From: Actinomycetes bacterium
Lineage (GTDB): Bacteria; Actinomycetota; Actinomycetes; Streptosporangiales; Streptosporangiaceae
Direction of reading: 5' to 3'
Assembly: GCA_025964615.1 (NCBI GenBank)
Contig: JAOPYM010000057.1
Location: 1-61,531 of the forward strand
DNA length: 61,531 nt
Positions 1-10,420 of the stretch are shown in pieces. The position numbers and the translations under genes are program-made. How positions within the stretch are numbered: position 1 is the stretch's first letter; each line of letters begins with the position of its first letter. The notes under the pieces are model-generated. The model did no database searches and had not been told where the DNA came from. It saw only the letters and a list, made by a program, of their open reading frames with translations.

Positions 1-54
1 GTGGCGTTTCCCGCACCTTTTCTTCAAACGGTGCGGGAAACGCCACGACTCAAC
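1..54. repeat. REP/MITE-like palindromic repeat, copy 1 (left end cut by window edge)
   Basis: 16-bp perfect arms GTGGCGTTTCCCGCAC (1-16) and GTGCGGGAAACGCCAC (31-46), then outer arm GACTCAAC. Same arms as the copies at 55772 and 59851. Lies 42 nt beyond the pheT stop. Confidence 0.85.
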
Positions 55-96
55 TGCGTGGGGGTTGCTGGGCGGGGAGGGTTGGGTGGCGGGTGG

Positions 97-2559
97 TCAG
101 GCGCGGAGCGCTGCTCCGGTGCGGCGGGTCGCCTCGGCGACGGCCGCGTCGCGGGACGCGGTGGTCTCCTCAGCGGTGAGGGTACGGTCCGGGGCGCGGA
201 ACCTCAGGGCGTAAGCCAGCGACTTGCGCCCCTCCCCCACCTGCTCACCGGTGTAGACGTCGAACAGCCGGATCGACTCCAGCAGGTCCCCCGCCCCGGC
301 CCGAAGTGCCGCCTCCACCGAGGCGGCGGCGACCGGCGCGTCCACGATCAGCGCGACGTCCCGGGTGGCGACCGGATAGGTCGACAGGTGCCCGGCCTGG
401 ACGGTGAAGCCCGGGTCGAGCCGGCTCAGTTCCAGTTCCATCGCGCAGGTCCTCGGCGGCAGCCCGTACGCTTGGATGACGCGCGGGTGCAACTCCCCCG
501 CATGCCCGAGCAGGGTGTCCCCGACGTGCAGGGCGGCGCACCGGCCCGGGTGCCAGGGCGCGTGCTGGTCGGCCGTGACGGTCACCTCGGCGCTGGCCTC
601 GCGGGCCACGGTCCTGGCCGCCTCGACCGCGTCGGCCCACCCGGCCGGACGGCTCGGGCCCCACCAGCCGGCGGGTTCACGGTCTCCGGTCAGCACGACG
701 GCCACCCGGTACGGCTGGTCCGGCAGCGCCGCCTCGATGGTCGCGAGCTCCGCCGCCGTCGGCCTGCGGTCGACCCCGAGCCGGGGCGACCTCGACGGGG
801 CGCCCGGCCTGGGCCGGTACACCAGGCCGGTCTCGAACAGCGCGAGATCGGCGGAGCCCCGGCCGATGTTGCGGACCGCGGCGCGGAACAGCCCGGGTAG
901 CAGTGTGGTGCGCAGCAGCGGCTCGTCGTCCGACAGCGGGTTGGCCAGCCGTAGCGCACCACGGCGCGCGTCGTCCGCGGGCAACTGCAGCGCGTCCCAG
1001 TCCCGCTCACTGACGAACGGGTAGTTCAGCACCTCGACGTACCCGGCACCCGCCAGGGCCCTGCCGGTGCGGCGGCGGAGCCGTTGCCCCGGGGTCAGCC
1101 CCCGGCCGGCCACCGAACGGGGCCTGCGGACCGGGATGTTGTCGTACCCCTCAAGGCGGATGACCTCTTCGGCCAGGTCGTTGGGATCGGTGAGATCGGG
1201 GCGCCAGGACGGAGGGGTGACGATGAGGACGTCTTCGCCGCGCACTGCGCAACCGACCTCGGAGAGCCGCTTGAGCACCGTCTCCCGGCCGTACGCCACG
1301 CCCGCGACCCGGTCGGGGTGATCGGCACGGATCGCCACGGTGACCGGCGGGACGGGCGCCTGGGCGTGGGTGAGGCCGGGGACGACCTGGGCACCGCCGA
1401 GCTCGGCCAGCAGCCGTACCGCGCGGTACGACGCCTGCAGCGGCAGTTCCCGGTCGACGCCCCGCTCGAAGCGGTAGGACGCCTCACTGTGCAACCGGTG
1501 CCGCCGGACCATCCGGGCGATGCCGATCTCGTCGAAGTGCGCCGCCTCGATCACCATGTCCGTCGACGAACCGTCGATCTCGGTGGTGAGGCCACCCATG
1601 GTCCCGGCCATCGAGATCGCACCCGAATCGTCGGTGATCAGGATGTCCTCCGGGTCGAGCGCCCGCTTGACGTGGTCGAGCGTCTCCAGTTGCTCTCCGG
1701 GCGCGGCCCGCCGGACCACGATGGGGCCGGTCAGCTTGGTCCGGTCGAACGCGTGCAGCGGCTGGCCGAGCTCCAGCATCAGGTAGTTCGTGACGTCGAC
1801 CGCCAGCGAGACCGGACGCATCCCGGCCCGGTGCAGCCGTACCTGCATCCAGAGCGGGGTCTTCGCCGCCGGGTCCAGGCCGCGGACCTCCCGCAGCACG
1901 AACCGGTCGCAGGCGGCCGGGTCGGCGATGGCGGCCGGGTACGACTCCGCTCCGTCTGCCGGCAGCTCGACGGCGGCGGGGTCACGGAACGGCAGCCCGT
2001 AGGCGATGGCGGCCTCGCGCGCCACCCCGCGGATCGAGAGGCAGTAGCCCCGGTCCGGGGTGACGGCGATGTCCAGGACGTCGTCGCGGAGCCCGAGCAG
2101 TTCGATCGCGTCCGCCCCGATCGGGGTGTCGGCGGGCAGCACGAGGATGCCGTCGTGGTCGTCGCCGATGCCCATCTCGCGCATCGAGCAGATCATGCCC
2201 TCGGACAGCTTCCCGTACGTCTGCCGCGCGCCGACCGCGAAGCCGCCGGGCAGCACCGCGCCGGGCAGCACGACCGCCACGACATCTCCGACGCCGAAGT
2301 TGCGGGCGCCGCAGATCAGGTTCTGCGGCTCCGGGTTGCCGACGTCCACCTGGCACCAGCGGATCGGCTTCTTGAACTCGGTGAGCTCCTCGATCGCCAG
2401 GACCTTGCCGATCACCAGCGGACCGGTGAGGTCGGCGCCCGCCGCGTCGACGGTCTCGACCTCGAGACCGGCGGCGATCAGTTCGGCGGCCAGTTCACGA
2501 CCGGTGAGGCCGGCGGGGAGGTCTACGTACTCCCGCAGCCAGGAGAGCGGGACCCGCAT
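97..2559 (-). CDS. pheT: phenylalanine--tRNA ligase beta subunit
   Basis: 820-aa ORF starting [15 protein letters not shown], typical PheT length and architecture. Start overlaps the pheS stop. Confidence 0.96.
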   Translation of the reverse strand: MRVPLSWLREYVDLPAGLTGRELAAELIAAGLEVETVDAAGADLTGPLVIGKVLAIEELTEFKKPIRWCQVDVGNPEPQNLICGARNFGVGDVVAVVLPGAVLPGGFAVGARQTYGKLSEGMICSMREMGIGDDHDGILVLPADTPIGADAIELLGLRDDVLDIAVTPDRGYCLSIRGVAREAAIAYGLPFRDPAAVELPADGAESYPAAIADPAACDRFVLREVRGLDPAAKTPLWMQVRLHRAGMRPVSLAVDVTNYLMLELGQPLHAFDRTKLTGPIVVRRAAPGEQLETLDHVKRALDPEDILITDDSGAISMAGTMGGLTTEIDGSSTDMVIEAAHFDEIGIARMVRRHRLHSEASYRFERGVDRELPLQASYRAVRLLAELGGAQVVPGLTHAQAPVPPVTVAIRADHPDRVAGVAYGRETVLKRLSEVGCAVRGEDVLIVTPPSWRPDLTDPNDLAEEVIRLEGYDNIPVRRPRSVAGRGLTPGQRLRRRTGRALAGAGYVEVLNYPFVSERDWDALQLPADDARRGALRLANPLSDDEPLLRTTLLPGLFRAAVRNIGRGSADLALFETGLVYRPRPGAPSRSPRLGVDRRPTAAELATIEAALPDQPYRVAVVLTGDREPAGWWGPSRPAGWADAVEAARTVAREASAEVTVTADQHAPWHPGRCAALHVGDTLLGHAGELHPRVIQAYGLPPRTCAMELELSRLDPGFTVQAGHLSTYPVATRDVALIVDAPVAAASVEAALRAGAGDLLESIRLFDVYTGEQVGEGRKSLAYALRFRAPDRTLTAEETTASRDAAVAEATRRTGAALRA

Positions 2560-3683
2560 CAGATCTCCATCCCGAACGGGAGGGTGAACCGGATGTCACC
2601 CTCGACCATGTCGTGCATGTCCTTGACGCCGTGCCGGAACATCAGCGTCCGCTCCACACCGAGCCCGAAGGCCCAGCCGCTGTAGCGCTCCGGGTCGACC
2701 CCGGCGGCTGTCAGCACCCGCGGGTTGACCATGCCGCAGCCGCCGATCTCGATCCAGCCCTCGGAGCCGCAGGTACGGCAGGGTTCCGCACCCAGTTCGA
2801 TCGAGGCGCCGCGGCAGACGAAGCACTGCATGTCCACCTCGGCGGACGGCTCGGTGAACGGGAAGTACGACGGGCGGAGCCGGACCGGCAGGTGGCCGCC
2901 GAACAATCCGGTGACGAACGCGTCGATCGCGCCCTTGAGGTCGGCCATGGTCAGGCCCTCGTCGACCGCGAGCCCTTCCATCTGGTGGAAGACCGGGGTG
3001 TGCGTGGCGTCCAGTTCGTCGGTACGGAAGGTCTTGCCGAGTGCGACCACGTATACCGGGAGCTCACGGGACAGCAGTGCGCGGGCCTGCACCGGTGAGG
3101 TGTGCGTGCGCAGCACCACGCCGGTGTCCTCGGACTCCACGAAGAAGGTGTCCTGCATCGTGCGAGCCGGGTGGTCGGGCTTGAAGTTGAGTGCGTCGAA
3201 GTTGAACCACTCGGCCTCGATCTCGGGGCCTTCGGCGATCTCAAAGCCCATCGAGAGGAAGACGTCGGCCATCCGCTCCTGCATGGTGGTCAGCGGATGC
3301 CGCGCGCCGCGCGGCGCGCGGTCCCACGGCAGGGTGACATCGACGGCCTCCTCGACGAGGACCCGCTGGTCGCGCTCCTCCTCCAGCTCGGCCTGGCGCG
3401 TCTTGAGCGCCTGTGCGACCGCGCCACGGGCGGCGCCGATCCGCTTGCCCGCCTCGGCGCGAGCGGCAGGCGGAAGCGCCCCGATCTCCCGGTTGGCCAG
3501 CGCGAGCGGCGACCGGTCCCCGGTATGGGCGAGCCGGGTCTCCTTGAGTGCCTCGAGACTGCCCGCGGCGGCGATGGCGGCGAGCGCCTCGTCACGGGCC
3601 TGGTCCAGCTCATCGGGTTGCAGCGAGCTCACCTCGACGGGGTCGTACGACTTGTTCGGTGCAGACATGGTGGTGACAGTCAC
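2559..3683 (-). CDS. pheS: phenylalanine--tRNA ligase alpha subunit
   Basis: Class II aaRS motifs ([33 protein letters not shown]). Start is either GTG 3683 or ATG 3668. Confidence 0.95.
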   Translation of the reverse strand: MTVTTMSAPNKSYDPVEVSSLQPDELDQARDEALAAIAAAGSLEALKETRLAHTGDRSPLALANREIGALPPAARAEAGKRIGAARGAVAQALKTRQAELEEERDQRVLVEEAVDVTLPWDRAPRGARHPLTTMQERMADVFLSMGFEIAEGPEIEAEWFNFDALNFKPDHPARTMQDTFFVESEDTGVVLRTHTSPVQARALLSRELPVYVVALGKTFRTDELDATHTPVFHQMEGLAVDEGLTMADLKGAIDAFVTGLFGGHLPVRLRPSYFPFTEPSAEVDMQCFVCRGASIELGAEPCRTCGSEGWIEIGGCGMVNPRVLTAAGVDPERYSGWAFGLGVERTLMFRHGVKDMHDMVEGDIRFTLPFGMEI

Positions 3684-3774
3684 TCCAGCTTGGGCAGGGC
3701 GGCGTCAGGGCAAAACACCGTCCGCGAGTCTAGTGGCCAGACGGGAAAGAGCCGGAAAAGCCCACTCGGTGCTC

Positions 3775-5046
3775 TCAGGCGTGGTCGGGAGCACCGGCGG
3801 GCATCGTAAATCGGAACTCGGCCCCGCCGCCCGGAGCGCTCTGCACGCTGATCGCGCCACTGTGCGCCTCCACGAGGCCCTTCACGATGTAGAGGCCGAG
3901 CCCGGTGCCGCCCCGGCGGTCGCGGTGTCCGCGCCAGAACTGCCGGAAGACGCGCTGGGCGGCCTCGGGCGGAATACCCTCGCCCTCGTCGCGTACCGAC
4001 ACGACAGCCCCTTCCATGTGCGCATCCGGCTCCACCACGATCGTGACAGTACCAGCGCCGTGCCGAACCGCGTTCTCCACCAGGTTGGCGAGGATCTGGC
4101 CGATCTTGTCCGGGTCCAGCCACATGTCGGGCAGCGAGCCCCTGATCTTCACCCGGTAGCGGTCCTCGGCATCTCCGGCGGCGACCCGGCCGGCGATCAC
4201 CTTCCGGACCTCGCCACCGAGGTCGACGACCTGCCTGTGCATCTCCAGACGGCCCGCCTCGATCCGGGACACGTCGAGGAGCTCGGTGATCAGGCGGGTC
4301 ACCCGATCCGCGTCGGCGTTGACCGTCTCCAGCATGACCCGCTTCTGGTCGTCGTTGAACCGGGTCCACTTGGCCAGCAGGGTGGCGGTGAAGCCCTTGA
4401 CGCTGGTCAGCGGGGAACGCAGCTCGTGGGCCACGGTGGAGACGAGATCAGCCCGATTCCGCTCCTGGCGGGCACGCTGTGCCGCGTCCCGGAGCGCGAT
4501 CGTGAATCGTTCCACTCTGCGGTCCTGGTCCCGCCGGTAGGTGGCGGTCACCAGTATCTCTCCGCCCCCCGGCAGGTAGAGGGAGCGTTCGGGCTGCCTG
4601 CTGCGGGTGCGCAGGCCACCGTAAGGGTCAAGGCACTTCCACCAGTCGCGGCCCTCTCCGTCATTGAGGGGCAGTACGTCACGGAAATCGCGGCCGAGGG
4701 CGGCCTGCGCCTTGATCCCGGTCAACCGGGCGGCGGCGGCGTTGAACAGGACGATCCGGGCGGCGGCGTCGGCGACGATCAGGCCGTCCGGAAGGTCATC
4801 GGGCCAGAAGAGACCCGGGCGCCTGGGCGCTGGAATGGCCGGCGGCACATGCGGAGAGGGCACCGCGGTATCGCTCCCGCGGGTTTCTTCTCCGTCCACG
4901 ACGGCCTCCGTCTCAACGCCGCGCTGCGTCGCGTCGAATAGCAGGACTCGACCCCGTACGGCCCGGCCCCTGGATGACAGGGCCTGCCGAGAAGAGACTC
5001 TAGCGCCACGGAGGGTGGCCGGGGAGCCAGGAAAGCCCGTACCCAA
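3775..5046 (-). CDS. PAS-domain sensor histidine kinase with no adjacent response regulator
   Basis: H-box STVAHELRSPLTSVKGF, N-box NLVENAVRHG, G-box GTGLGLYIVKGLVEAHSG, and a PAS-like N-terminal region. Start codon uncertain. Confidence 0.85.
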   Translation of the reverse strand: MGTGFPGSPATLRGARVSSRQALSSRGRAVRGRVLLFDATQRGVETEAVVDGEETRGSDTAVPSPHVPPAIPAPRRPGLFWPDDLPDGLIVADAAARIVLFNAAAARLTGIKAQAALGRDFRDVLPLNDGEGRDWWKCLDPYGGLRTRSRQPERSLYLPGGGEILVTATYRRDQDRRVERFTIALRDAAQRARQERNRADLVSTVAHELRSPLTSVKGFTATLLAKWTRFNDDQKRVMLETVNADADRVTRLITELLDVSRIEAGRLEMHRQVVDLGGEVRKVIAGRVAAGDAEDRYRVKIRGSLPDMWLDPDKIGQILANLVENAVRHGAGTVTIVVEPDAHMEGAVVSVRDEGEGIPPEAAQRVFRQFWRGHRDRRGGTGLGLYIVKGLVEAHSGAISVQSAPGGGAEFRFTMPAGAPDHA

Positions 5047-5133
5047 AGGGGTTTACGGACACCGAGCGCAAGCCAGGAGATATGCCATTGCTCTCTGCAA
5101 TGGCATCCTGCACATGCACGGCCCGGATCCGGC

Positions 5134-5616
5134 TCAGCCTCGCGGTGCGGCCGTCGACGGCCGGTCCTCGCGAACCGCCTCCTCCACGTTGTCGTACAGG
5201 ATGAAGAGCCGGTCGAGACCGGTGATCCCGAACAACCGCCGTTGTGCCGGGCGCACCCCGGCGAGCCGCAGTCCACCGGCGTCGGGGGCCAGCCGGTTCT
5301 GTGCCGCGACGAGGGCACCGAGACCGGTGGCATCACAGAATCGGACGTCCCCGAAATCAACGACGATGCGCCGGAAACCGGCCTGAACCAAGTCGAGCAG
5401 TCCGGTCTTCAGGGCCTGCGCGGTTCGAAGGTCTATCTCTCCGGACACTTTGACCACCGCAGTGTGGCCCTGCGGGCCCGCCGTGGAGACCTCCAGGGTC
5501 ACCGCCCGCGGCGTGTCCGCAGGACGCACCACGCACCGGTGAGCGGCAGCTGCCCGGGCACCCGGCGCTGCGATATGTCGACGCGGCATGTACGCCGCCT
5601 TCCTTCCGTCGGTCAT
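5134..5616 (-). CDS. STAS-domain protein (anti-sigma-factor antagonist family)
   Basis: VKVSGEIDLRTAQALKTGLL...VVDFGDVRFCDATGLGALV matches the SpoIIAA/RsbV-like STAS pattern. The true start may be an internal Met. Confidence 0.75.
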   Translation of the reverse strand: MTDGRKAAYMPRRHIAAPGARAAAAHRCVVRPADTPRAVTLEVSTAGPQGHTAVVKVSGEIDLRTAQALKTGLLDLVQAGFRRIVVDFGDVRFCDATGLGALVAAQNRLAPDAGGLRLAGVRPAQRRLFGITGLDRLFILYDNVEEAVREDRPSTAAPRG

Positions 5617-5863
5617 GTCCCCACCCCGTTCGTCACGTGCTCGACACCGCCGCCCACCACCGTAGACATGGGATGAGACGTCAGAATCCTTCGGCGGATT
5701 GGTATCACGATCCTCCTTCCGGAGGACGGAACCCGAGACGTGCCATTCAATCCTGGCAGTACACCACGATCCGGATGGTCAGGAACATCGTCCGCATCTG
5801 GCCACGAAAAACTCCTAACCCCGGGGCAACCGGGTGCACCTGACGGAGCGGTAACCGCCTGTG

Positions 5864-6685
5864 TCAGGACGCGGCCGCCCGCTGCGCACGCGAGGAGGCG
5901 TACAGGCACACCGCAGCCGCCGTCGCCAGGTTCAGGCTCTCCGCCCGTCCGTAGATCGGCACGCTCACGACCTCGTCCACCTGCCGGAGGATCTCCTCAG
6001 GCAGGCCCCATGCCTCGTTCCCGAAGATCCACGCGGTGGGACCGGCGAGTACACCGGCGTCGAGCGCCTCGTCCAGTGACCGCTTCCCCGCCCCATCGGC
6101 GGCGAGCACGGTCAGCCCGGACTCCCTGAGCGCCGGGATCAGCGTCTCCACGCGCGGCCCGACGACCACTGGAAGGTGGAAGAGGCTGCCTGCCGAGGCC
6201 CGTACGCACTTGCCGTTGTAGGGGTCGACTGAGGCGTCGGTGAACACCACGGCCGAGGCTCCGGCCGCGTCGGCGGTGCGGAGCACGGTGCCGGCGTTCC
6301 CGGGGTCGCGCACGTGCGCGAGCACCGTCACCAGGCGGGGCCGCTGCTCGAGCGCCCGCTCGAGCGGGACGTCGATGAAGCCACAGACCGCGAGCAAGCC
6401 CTGCGGGGTGACAGTCTGGGCCAGTTCCGCCATGATCTCACCGCTCACCCTCAGCACGTCGACCCCGGCGGCGTCGGCGGCCCGGATCAACTCGGGATGG
6501 CGGTTCTCGGCCTCGGCGGTGGTGAAGAGTTCCACCAGCCCGCCAGGCAGCGTCAGGGCCTCCCGTACGGCCTGGGGACCCTCGGCGAGGAACCGGTTCT
6601 CACGCTGCCGGAACGCGCGTTTGGCGAGCCTGCGAGCCGCCTTCACCCGCGGGGAATGAAGGGAGGTCAGCTCGCGGCCCGCCAT
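5864..6685 (-). CDS. TrmH/SpoU-family RNA 2'-O-methyltransferase
   Basis: SpoU motifs WIFGNEAWGLPEE and ESLNLATAAAVCLY. Confidence 0.88.
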   Translation of the reverse strand: MAGRELTSLHSPRVKAARRLAKRAFRQRENRFLAEGPQAVREALTLPGGLVELFTTAEAENRHPELIRAADAAGVDVLRVSGEIMAELAQTVTPQGLLAVCGFIDVPLERALEQRPRLVTVLAHVRDPGNAGTVLRTADAAGASAVVFTDASVDPYNGKCVRASAGSLFHLPVVVGPRVETLIPALRESGLTVLAADGAGKRSLDEALDAGVLAGPTAWIFGNEAWGLPEEILRQVDEVVSVPIYGRAESLNLATAAAVCLYASSRAQRAAAS

Positions 6686-6720
6686 CAGCGTCTTCTACCT
6701 GCTCTTCTTCGCTCGGTCAC

Positions 6721-7095
6721 TCAGGCGGCCTTGGTGCCCTCGGGCAGTGCTCCCTTGGCCAGCTTGACCAGCGTGGCGAAGGCCTCGGCGTCGTTGACGG
6801 CGAGCTCTGCCAGCATGCGCCGGTCAACCTCGATCTCGGCGAGCCGCAGACCCTGGATCAGCCGGTTGTAAGTCATCCCGTTGAGGCGGGCCGCGGCGTT
6901 GATCCGCTGGATCCACAGGCGGCGGAACTGCCCCTTGCGGTCCTTGCGGTCCCGGTACGCGTAGGTCATGGAGTGGAGCATCTGCTCCTTGGCCTTGCGG
7001 TACAGGCGCGACCGCTGGCCGCGGTAGCCACTCGCCCGCTCCAGGACGACCCGGCGCTTCTTGGCGGCGTTGACCGCCCGCTTCACGCGTGCCAC
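6721..7095 (-). CDS. rplT: 50S ribosomal protein L20
   Basis: [38 protein letters not shown]. Confidence 0.97.
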   Translation of the reverse strand: MARVKRAVNAAKKRRVVLERASGYRGQRSRLYRKAKEQMLHSMTYAYRDRKDRKGQFRRLWIQRINAAARLNGMTYNRLIQGLRLAEIEVDRRMLAELAVNDAEAFATLVKLAKGALPEGTKAA

Positions 7096-7163
7096 GTATG
7101 AACTCCTTCGTGGGGGCCGGCGCCCCGTGGGCTACCGGCCGGTCGTATCAGATGGGTCGGGGG

Positions 7164-7358
7164 CTACTTACGAAGAAGCTTCTTGATGTTCTTCTTGTCG
7201 GCCGGGGCCACCACGGCGTCGCCGTCGAGGCGGCGGGTCCGCTTGGTCGCCTTGTGCTCCAGCAGGTGGTTCTTGCCGGCGCGCTGGCGCATGAGCTTGC
7301 CGGTGCCGGTGATCTTGAACCGCCTCTTGGCACCACTGTGCGTCTTCGTCTTCGGCAT
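7164..7358 (-). CDS. rpmI: 50S ribosomal protein L35
   Basis: [21 protein letters not shown], 64 aa. Confidence 0.97.
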   Translation of the reverse strand: MPKTKTHSGAKRRFKITGTGKLMRQRAGKNHLLEHKATKRTRRLDGDAVVAPADKKNIKKLLRK

Positions 7359-7500
7359 GGTCGCCGTCGTCTCCCTCGTCCTCTGGTCCCCGCAGCTGCG
7401 GGGGCATGCCCCATCGCCGTACGTGGTCGTACGGCACGATCAGGCACGAAGTACGTACGTCATCGCGGGGCCCGCTGGCGGGCCACCCGCGACGTGCCCT

Positions 7501-8163
7501 TTACTCGGAGGCCTGCTCCGGCTCGGTCTCCGTCTCGGGAGCCTGCACGAGCTCGGCCTCTCCGGCGTCCTCCGCGTGCGACGCCCGCTCGGCGTCGCGC
7601 TCGGCCTTCGCCCCGGCCTTGGCCTCGGCGAGTTCCGCCTTGGCCTCCGCCTTCTTCTTGTGCGGGCCGATCACCATGATCATGTTCCGGCCGTCCTGCT
7701 TGGGGTTCGACTCGACGTACCCCAGCTCGGTGACATCCTCGGCGAGCCGCTGCAGCAGCCGGTAGCCGAGTTCCGGCCGCGACTGCTCGCGGCCACGGAA
7801 CATGATCGTCACCTTGACCTTGTCCCCGGCCTTCAGGAACCGTACGACGTGACCCTTCTTGGTCTCGTAGTCGTGCGGGTCGATCTTCGGGCGGAGCTTG
7901 ATCTCCTTGATGATCGTATGCGCCTGGTTACGCCGCGCTTCACGAGCCTTCATCGCGGACTCGTACTTGAACTTGCCGAAGTCCATGAGCTTGGCCACCG
8001 GGGGCCGCGCCGTCGGAGCGACCTCGACGAGGTCCAGGTCGGATTCACGGGCGAGGTCGAGCGCCTTGGCGATGGGCACAATGCCCACCTGTTCGCCGTT
8101 CGGGCCGACGAGCCGGACCTCTGGCACGCGAATGCGGTCGTTGATACGCGGTTCGGCGCTGAT
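7501..8163 (-). CDS. infC: translation initiation factor IF-3, starting at a non-canonical ATC
   Basis: The track ORF starts at an internal GTG (8127). The conserved IF-3 N-terminus [25 protein letters not shown] is in frame upstream, starting at ATC (8163-8161) 5 nt after AAGGAGG. Length 663 nt is in frame. Confidence 0.9.
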   Translation of the reverse strand: MSAEPRINDRIRVPEVRLVGPNGEQVGIVPIAKALDLARESDLDLVEVAPTARPPVAKLMDFGKFKYESAMKAREARRNQAHTIIKEIKLRPKIDPHDYETKKGHVVRFLKAGDKVKVTIMFRGREQSRPELGYRLLQRLAEDVTELGYVESNPKQDGRNMIMVIGPHKKKAEAKAELAEAKAGAKAERDAERASHAEDAGEAELVQAPETETEPEQASE

Positions 8164-8223
8164 GGTACCTCCTTGGGGCGTACGAAGTGTCTGCGACCGG
8201 TCGCAGGTCGGGGCCCTTCACGC

Positions 8224-8255
8224 AAAAAGGCCTCGCACGACTCACATGCGAGGCC
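8224..8255 (-). terminator. intrinsic terminator-like hairpin with a U5 tract between aroE and infC
   Basis: Minus-strand RNA reads GGCCUCGC-AUGUGAGUCGU-GCGAGGCC-UUUUU. A T5 run is rare in this GC-rich DNA. It sits about 190 nt after the aroE stop and 60 nt before the infC start. Confidence 0.55.
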
Positions 8256-8444
8256 ACCATCGGTCACTTCGACGGCACATGCCGTTGGAAGTCGGCGATA
8301 CACACCACGAATGACGGTATTGCCAGACCGCTACCCACCGGCTGCGAGCCGGTCAGGTGGGAGGTGGCCTCCACTTGCGTGCCCCGCACTCACGCGCAGG
8401 GCCGGTCAGCATCAGACAATACCATGAGTTCACGGCCGCCGGAT

Positions 8445-9263
8445 TCAGGACCGGCGCAGCTGCTCCGCGCGGGCGGCCGAGCGCATCGCTTCGAGGGGAA
8501 CCTCGGGGCGGCCCGTCATGAGCTGGACCTGCCGTACAGCCTGGTGCAGCAGCATGGGCAGGCCTCCGATCACCGTGCCGCCGGCCCGCTCGACGGCGGC
8601 GGCCAGAATGGTCGGCCACGGAGCGTAGACCACGTCCAACACGGGTGCACCGGAACCGGCGATCGTCTCCGCATACCGGTCGGCGGCACCGGACGGCAGG
8701 GTGGAGACGACCAGGTCCACGGGAAGCAGACCGGGCAGTTCGTCGAGCGCGCGGACCGAGACGGCGATGCCGAGCCGCTCCCCGGCCGCGCATGCCTCGG
8801 CGGCGCGGGACCGGTCCCGTACCGCGAGCGTCACCGCACCGAGGCCGAGCTCACGCAGCGCGGCCAGCGCGGCGGCCGCAGTCGCCCCGCCCCCCAGGAC
8901 CAGCGCCGAAGCGGGCGCCCCGGCCCCGGCCTCGGTCAGGGCGGTGACGATGCCGTACACGTCGGTGTTCTCGGCGTGCGTGCGGCCGCCGGAGAACAGG
9001 ATCGTGTTGGCGCCACCGACGGCAACCGCAAGTTCACTGCAGGTGTCGGCCAGCTTCAGCGCCGTTCGCTTGAGCGGCATGGTGAGGCTCAGCCCCGCCC
9101 AGTCGCCCTCAAGGCTGCCGAGGAAGGCCGCGAGGCCGTCCTCGTCGCACTCGTACGCCTCATACGACCAGGTGCGCAGGCCCATCCACTCGTATGCCGT
9201 CCGGTGCAGCACCGGGGAGAGCGAGTGCGTGATCGGCGAGCCCAGGACCGCAGCCCGGCTCAC
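8445..9263 (-). CDS. aroE: shikimate dehydrogenase
   Basis: N-terminus LGSPITHSLSPVLHRTAY, 272 aa, 4-nt overlap with mltG. Confidence 0.92.
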   Translation of the reverse strand: MSRAAVLGSPITHSLSPVLHRTAYEWMGLRTWSYEAYECDEDGLAAFLGSLEGDWAGLSLTMPLKRTALKLADTCSELAVAVGGANTILFSGGRTHAENTDVYGIVTALTEAGAGAPASALVLGGGATAAAALAALRELGLGAVTLAVRDRSRAAEACAAGERLGIAVSVRALDELPGLLPVDLVVSTLPSGAADRYAETIAGSGAPVLDVVYAPWPTILAAAVERAGGTVIGGLPMLLHQAVRQVQLMTGRPEVPLEAMRSAARAEQLRRS

Positions 9264-10420
9264 TGACCCGTCCGCTTGAGGTAGGCGTCGAACTCCTTCT
9301 GGAACTGCAGGAACTCGCTGTACTTGGCGGTGAACTTGGTGATCTTCGCGGTCGGGTCGGTGGCGACGAACCAGTACCAGTTGCCGCTGGCCGGGTGCAG
9401 CGCCGCGTTGATGGCCGTGGTACCCGGACTGTCGATGGCACCGACCGGCAGTCCCTTGACACGGTAGGTGTTGTACGGCGAGTTGACCCCGAGGTCCTTG
9501 TAGGTGACCCGCAGCGTGCGCCGGTTGAGCGCGTACAGGACCGTCGTGTCCAGTTGCAGGTGCCCGTGCCCGGCACCGTTCTGCTGCTGTATCCGGTTGT
9601 AGAGCACCCGTGCGATCTTGGGTTCATCCGCGGCCTGGCCCGCCTCGGCCTGGATCAGGCTGGCCATGATGACGATGTCACCCGCCGACATGTGCGCTGC
9701 CTTGGCGTTGATCTCCAGATCGGCGTTCTCGGTCTTGAACCGGTCCACCATCATCTTGAGGATCGCGGTGGCGGAGGCGTTCGGGCTGAGGTCGTAGCGC
9801 GTCGGGTAGAGGTACCCCTCCACCTTGCCCTTGGCGTAGGCGGGCAGTCCCAGTGGCGCCGGGTTGCTGATGACCTTTTCGAAGTCCGCCTTGGCGATAC
9901 CGGTCTTCTTCACCAGCAGGTCGACGATCTCGCCGGTCCGCAGCCCCTCCGGGATGATGATCTGGTTGCCCGACCGGGAGGTCGGATCGAGCAGCAGGGC
10001 CAGCGCGGCGGCCGACGACATGTGCAGCCGCATCTTGTAGTAACCCGGCTGGATACTGGCGGCCCGCGGGTCGGTTTTGGCGACCTTCACGAAGGCCCGC
10101 TGGCTCTTGACGACCTGGTCCTTCTGCAGCGTGATGCCGATCATGCTGACCAGGTCGCCATCCTTGACCTGGACGGTCACATCGCCGGTCCCGGCCCCGA
10201 CGTAGTCCGGCGGATGCAGGTAATCCTTCAGCCAGGCGTAGCCGAACACCCCGCCCACGCCGAGGATCGCCACCAGGAACGCCATCGCGAACAGCACGGC
10301 TGCCCGGCCGCCGGCCCGTTTGCGCTTCTGCCTCTTGCGCTGCGCCTTCTGGGCGCGACGGCCCTGCCGGTCACCCGGCAGGCGGCCGTTCGGCTCCCCG
10401 AACAGGTCCAAATCGTTCAT
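9260..10420 (-). CDS. mltG: endolytic murein transglycosylase MltG (YceG family)
   Basis: N-terminal TM segment and the YNTYRVKGLPVGAIDSPG motif. Confidence 0.92.
   Translation of the reverse strand: MNDLDLFGEPNGRLPGDRQGRRAQKAQRKRQKRKRAGGRAAVLFAMAFLVAILGVGGVFGYAWLKDYLHPPDYVGAGTGDVTVQVKDGDLVSMIGITLQKDQVVKSQRAFVKVAKTDPRAASIQPGYYKMRLHMSSAAALALLLDPTSRSGNQIIIPEGLRTGEIVDLLVKKTGIAKADFEKVISNPAPLGLPAYAKGKVEGYLYPTRYDLSPNASATAILKMMVDRFKTENADLEINAKAAHMSAGDIVIMASLIQAEAGQAADEPKIARVLYNRIQQQNGAGHGHLQLDTTVLYALNRRTLRVTYKDLGVNSPYNTYRVKGLPVGAIDSPGTTAINAALHPASGNWYWFVATDPTAKITKFTAKYSEFLQFQKEFDAYLKRTGQ

Noticed and set aside
2725-4941. 738-aa plus-strand ORF
   Set aside because: It is antisense to pheS and the histidine kinase, and is a Ser/Arg/Ala-rich shadow frame.
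5739-5750. TGGCAC on the minus strand upstream of the STAS gene (sigma-54 -24-like)
   Set aside because: There is no TTGC -12 element at the correct spacing, and actinobacteria lack sigma-54.
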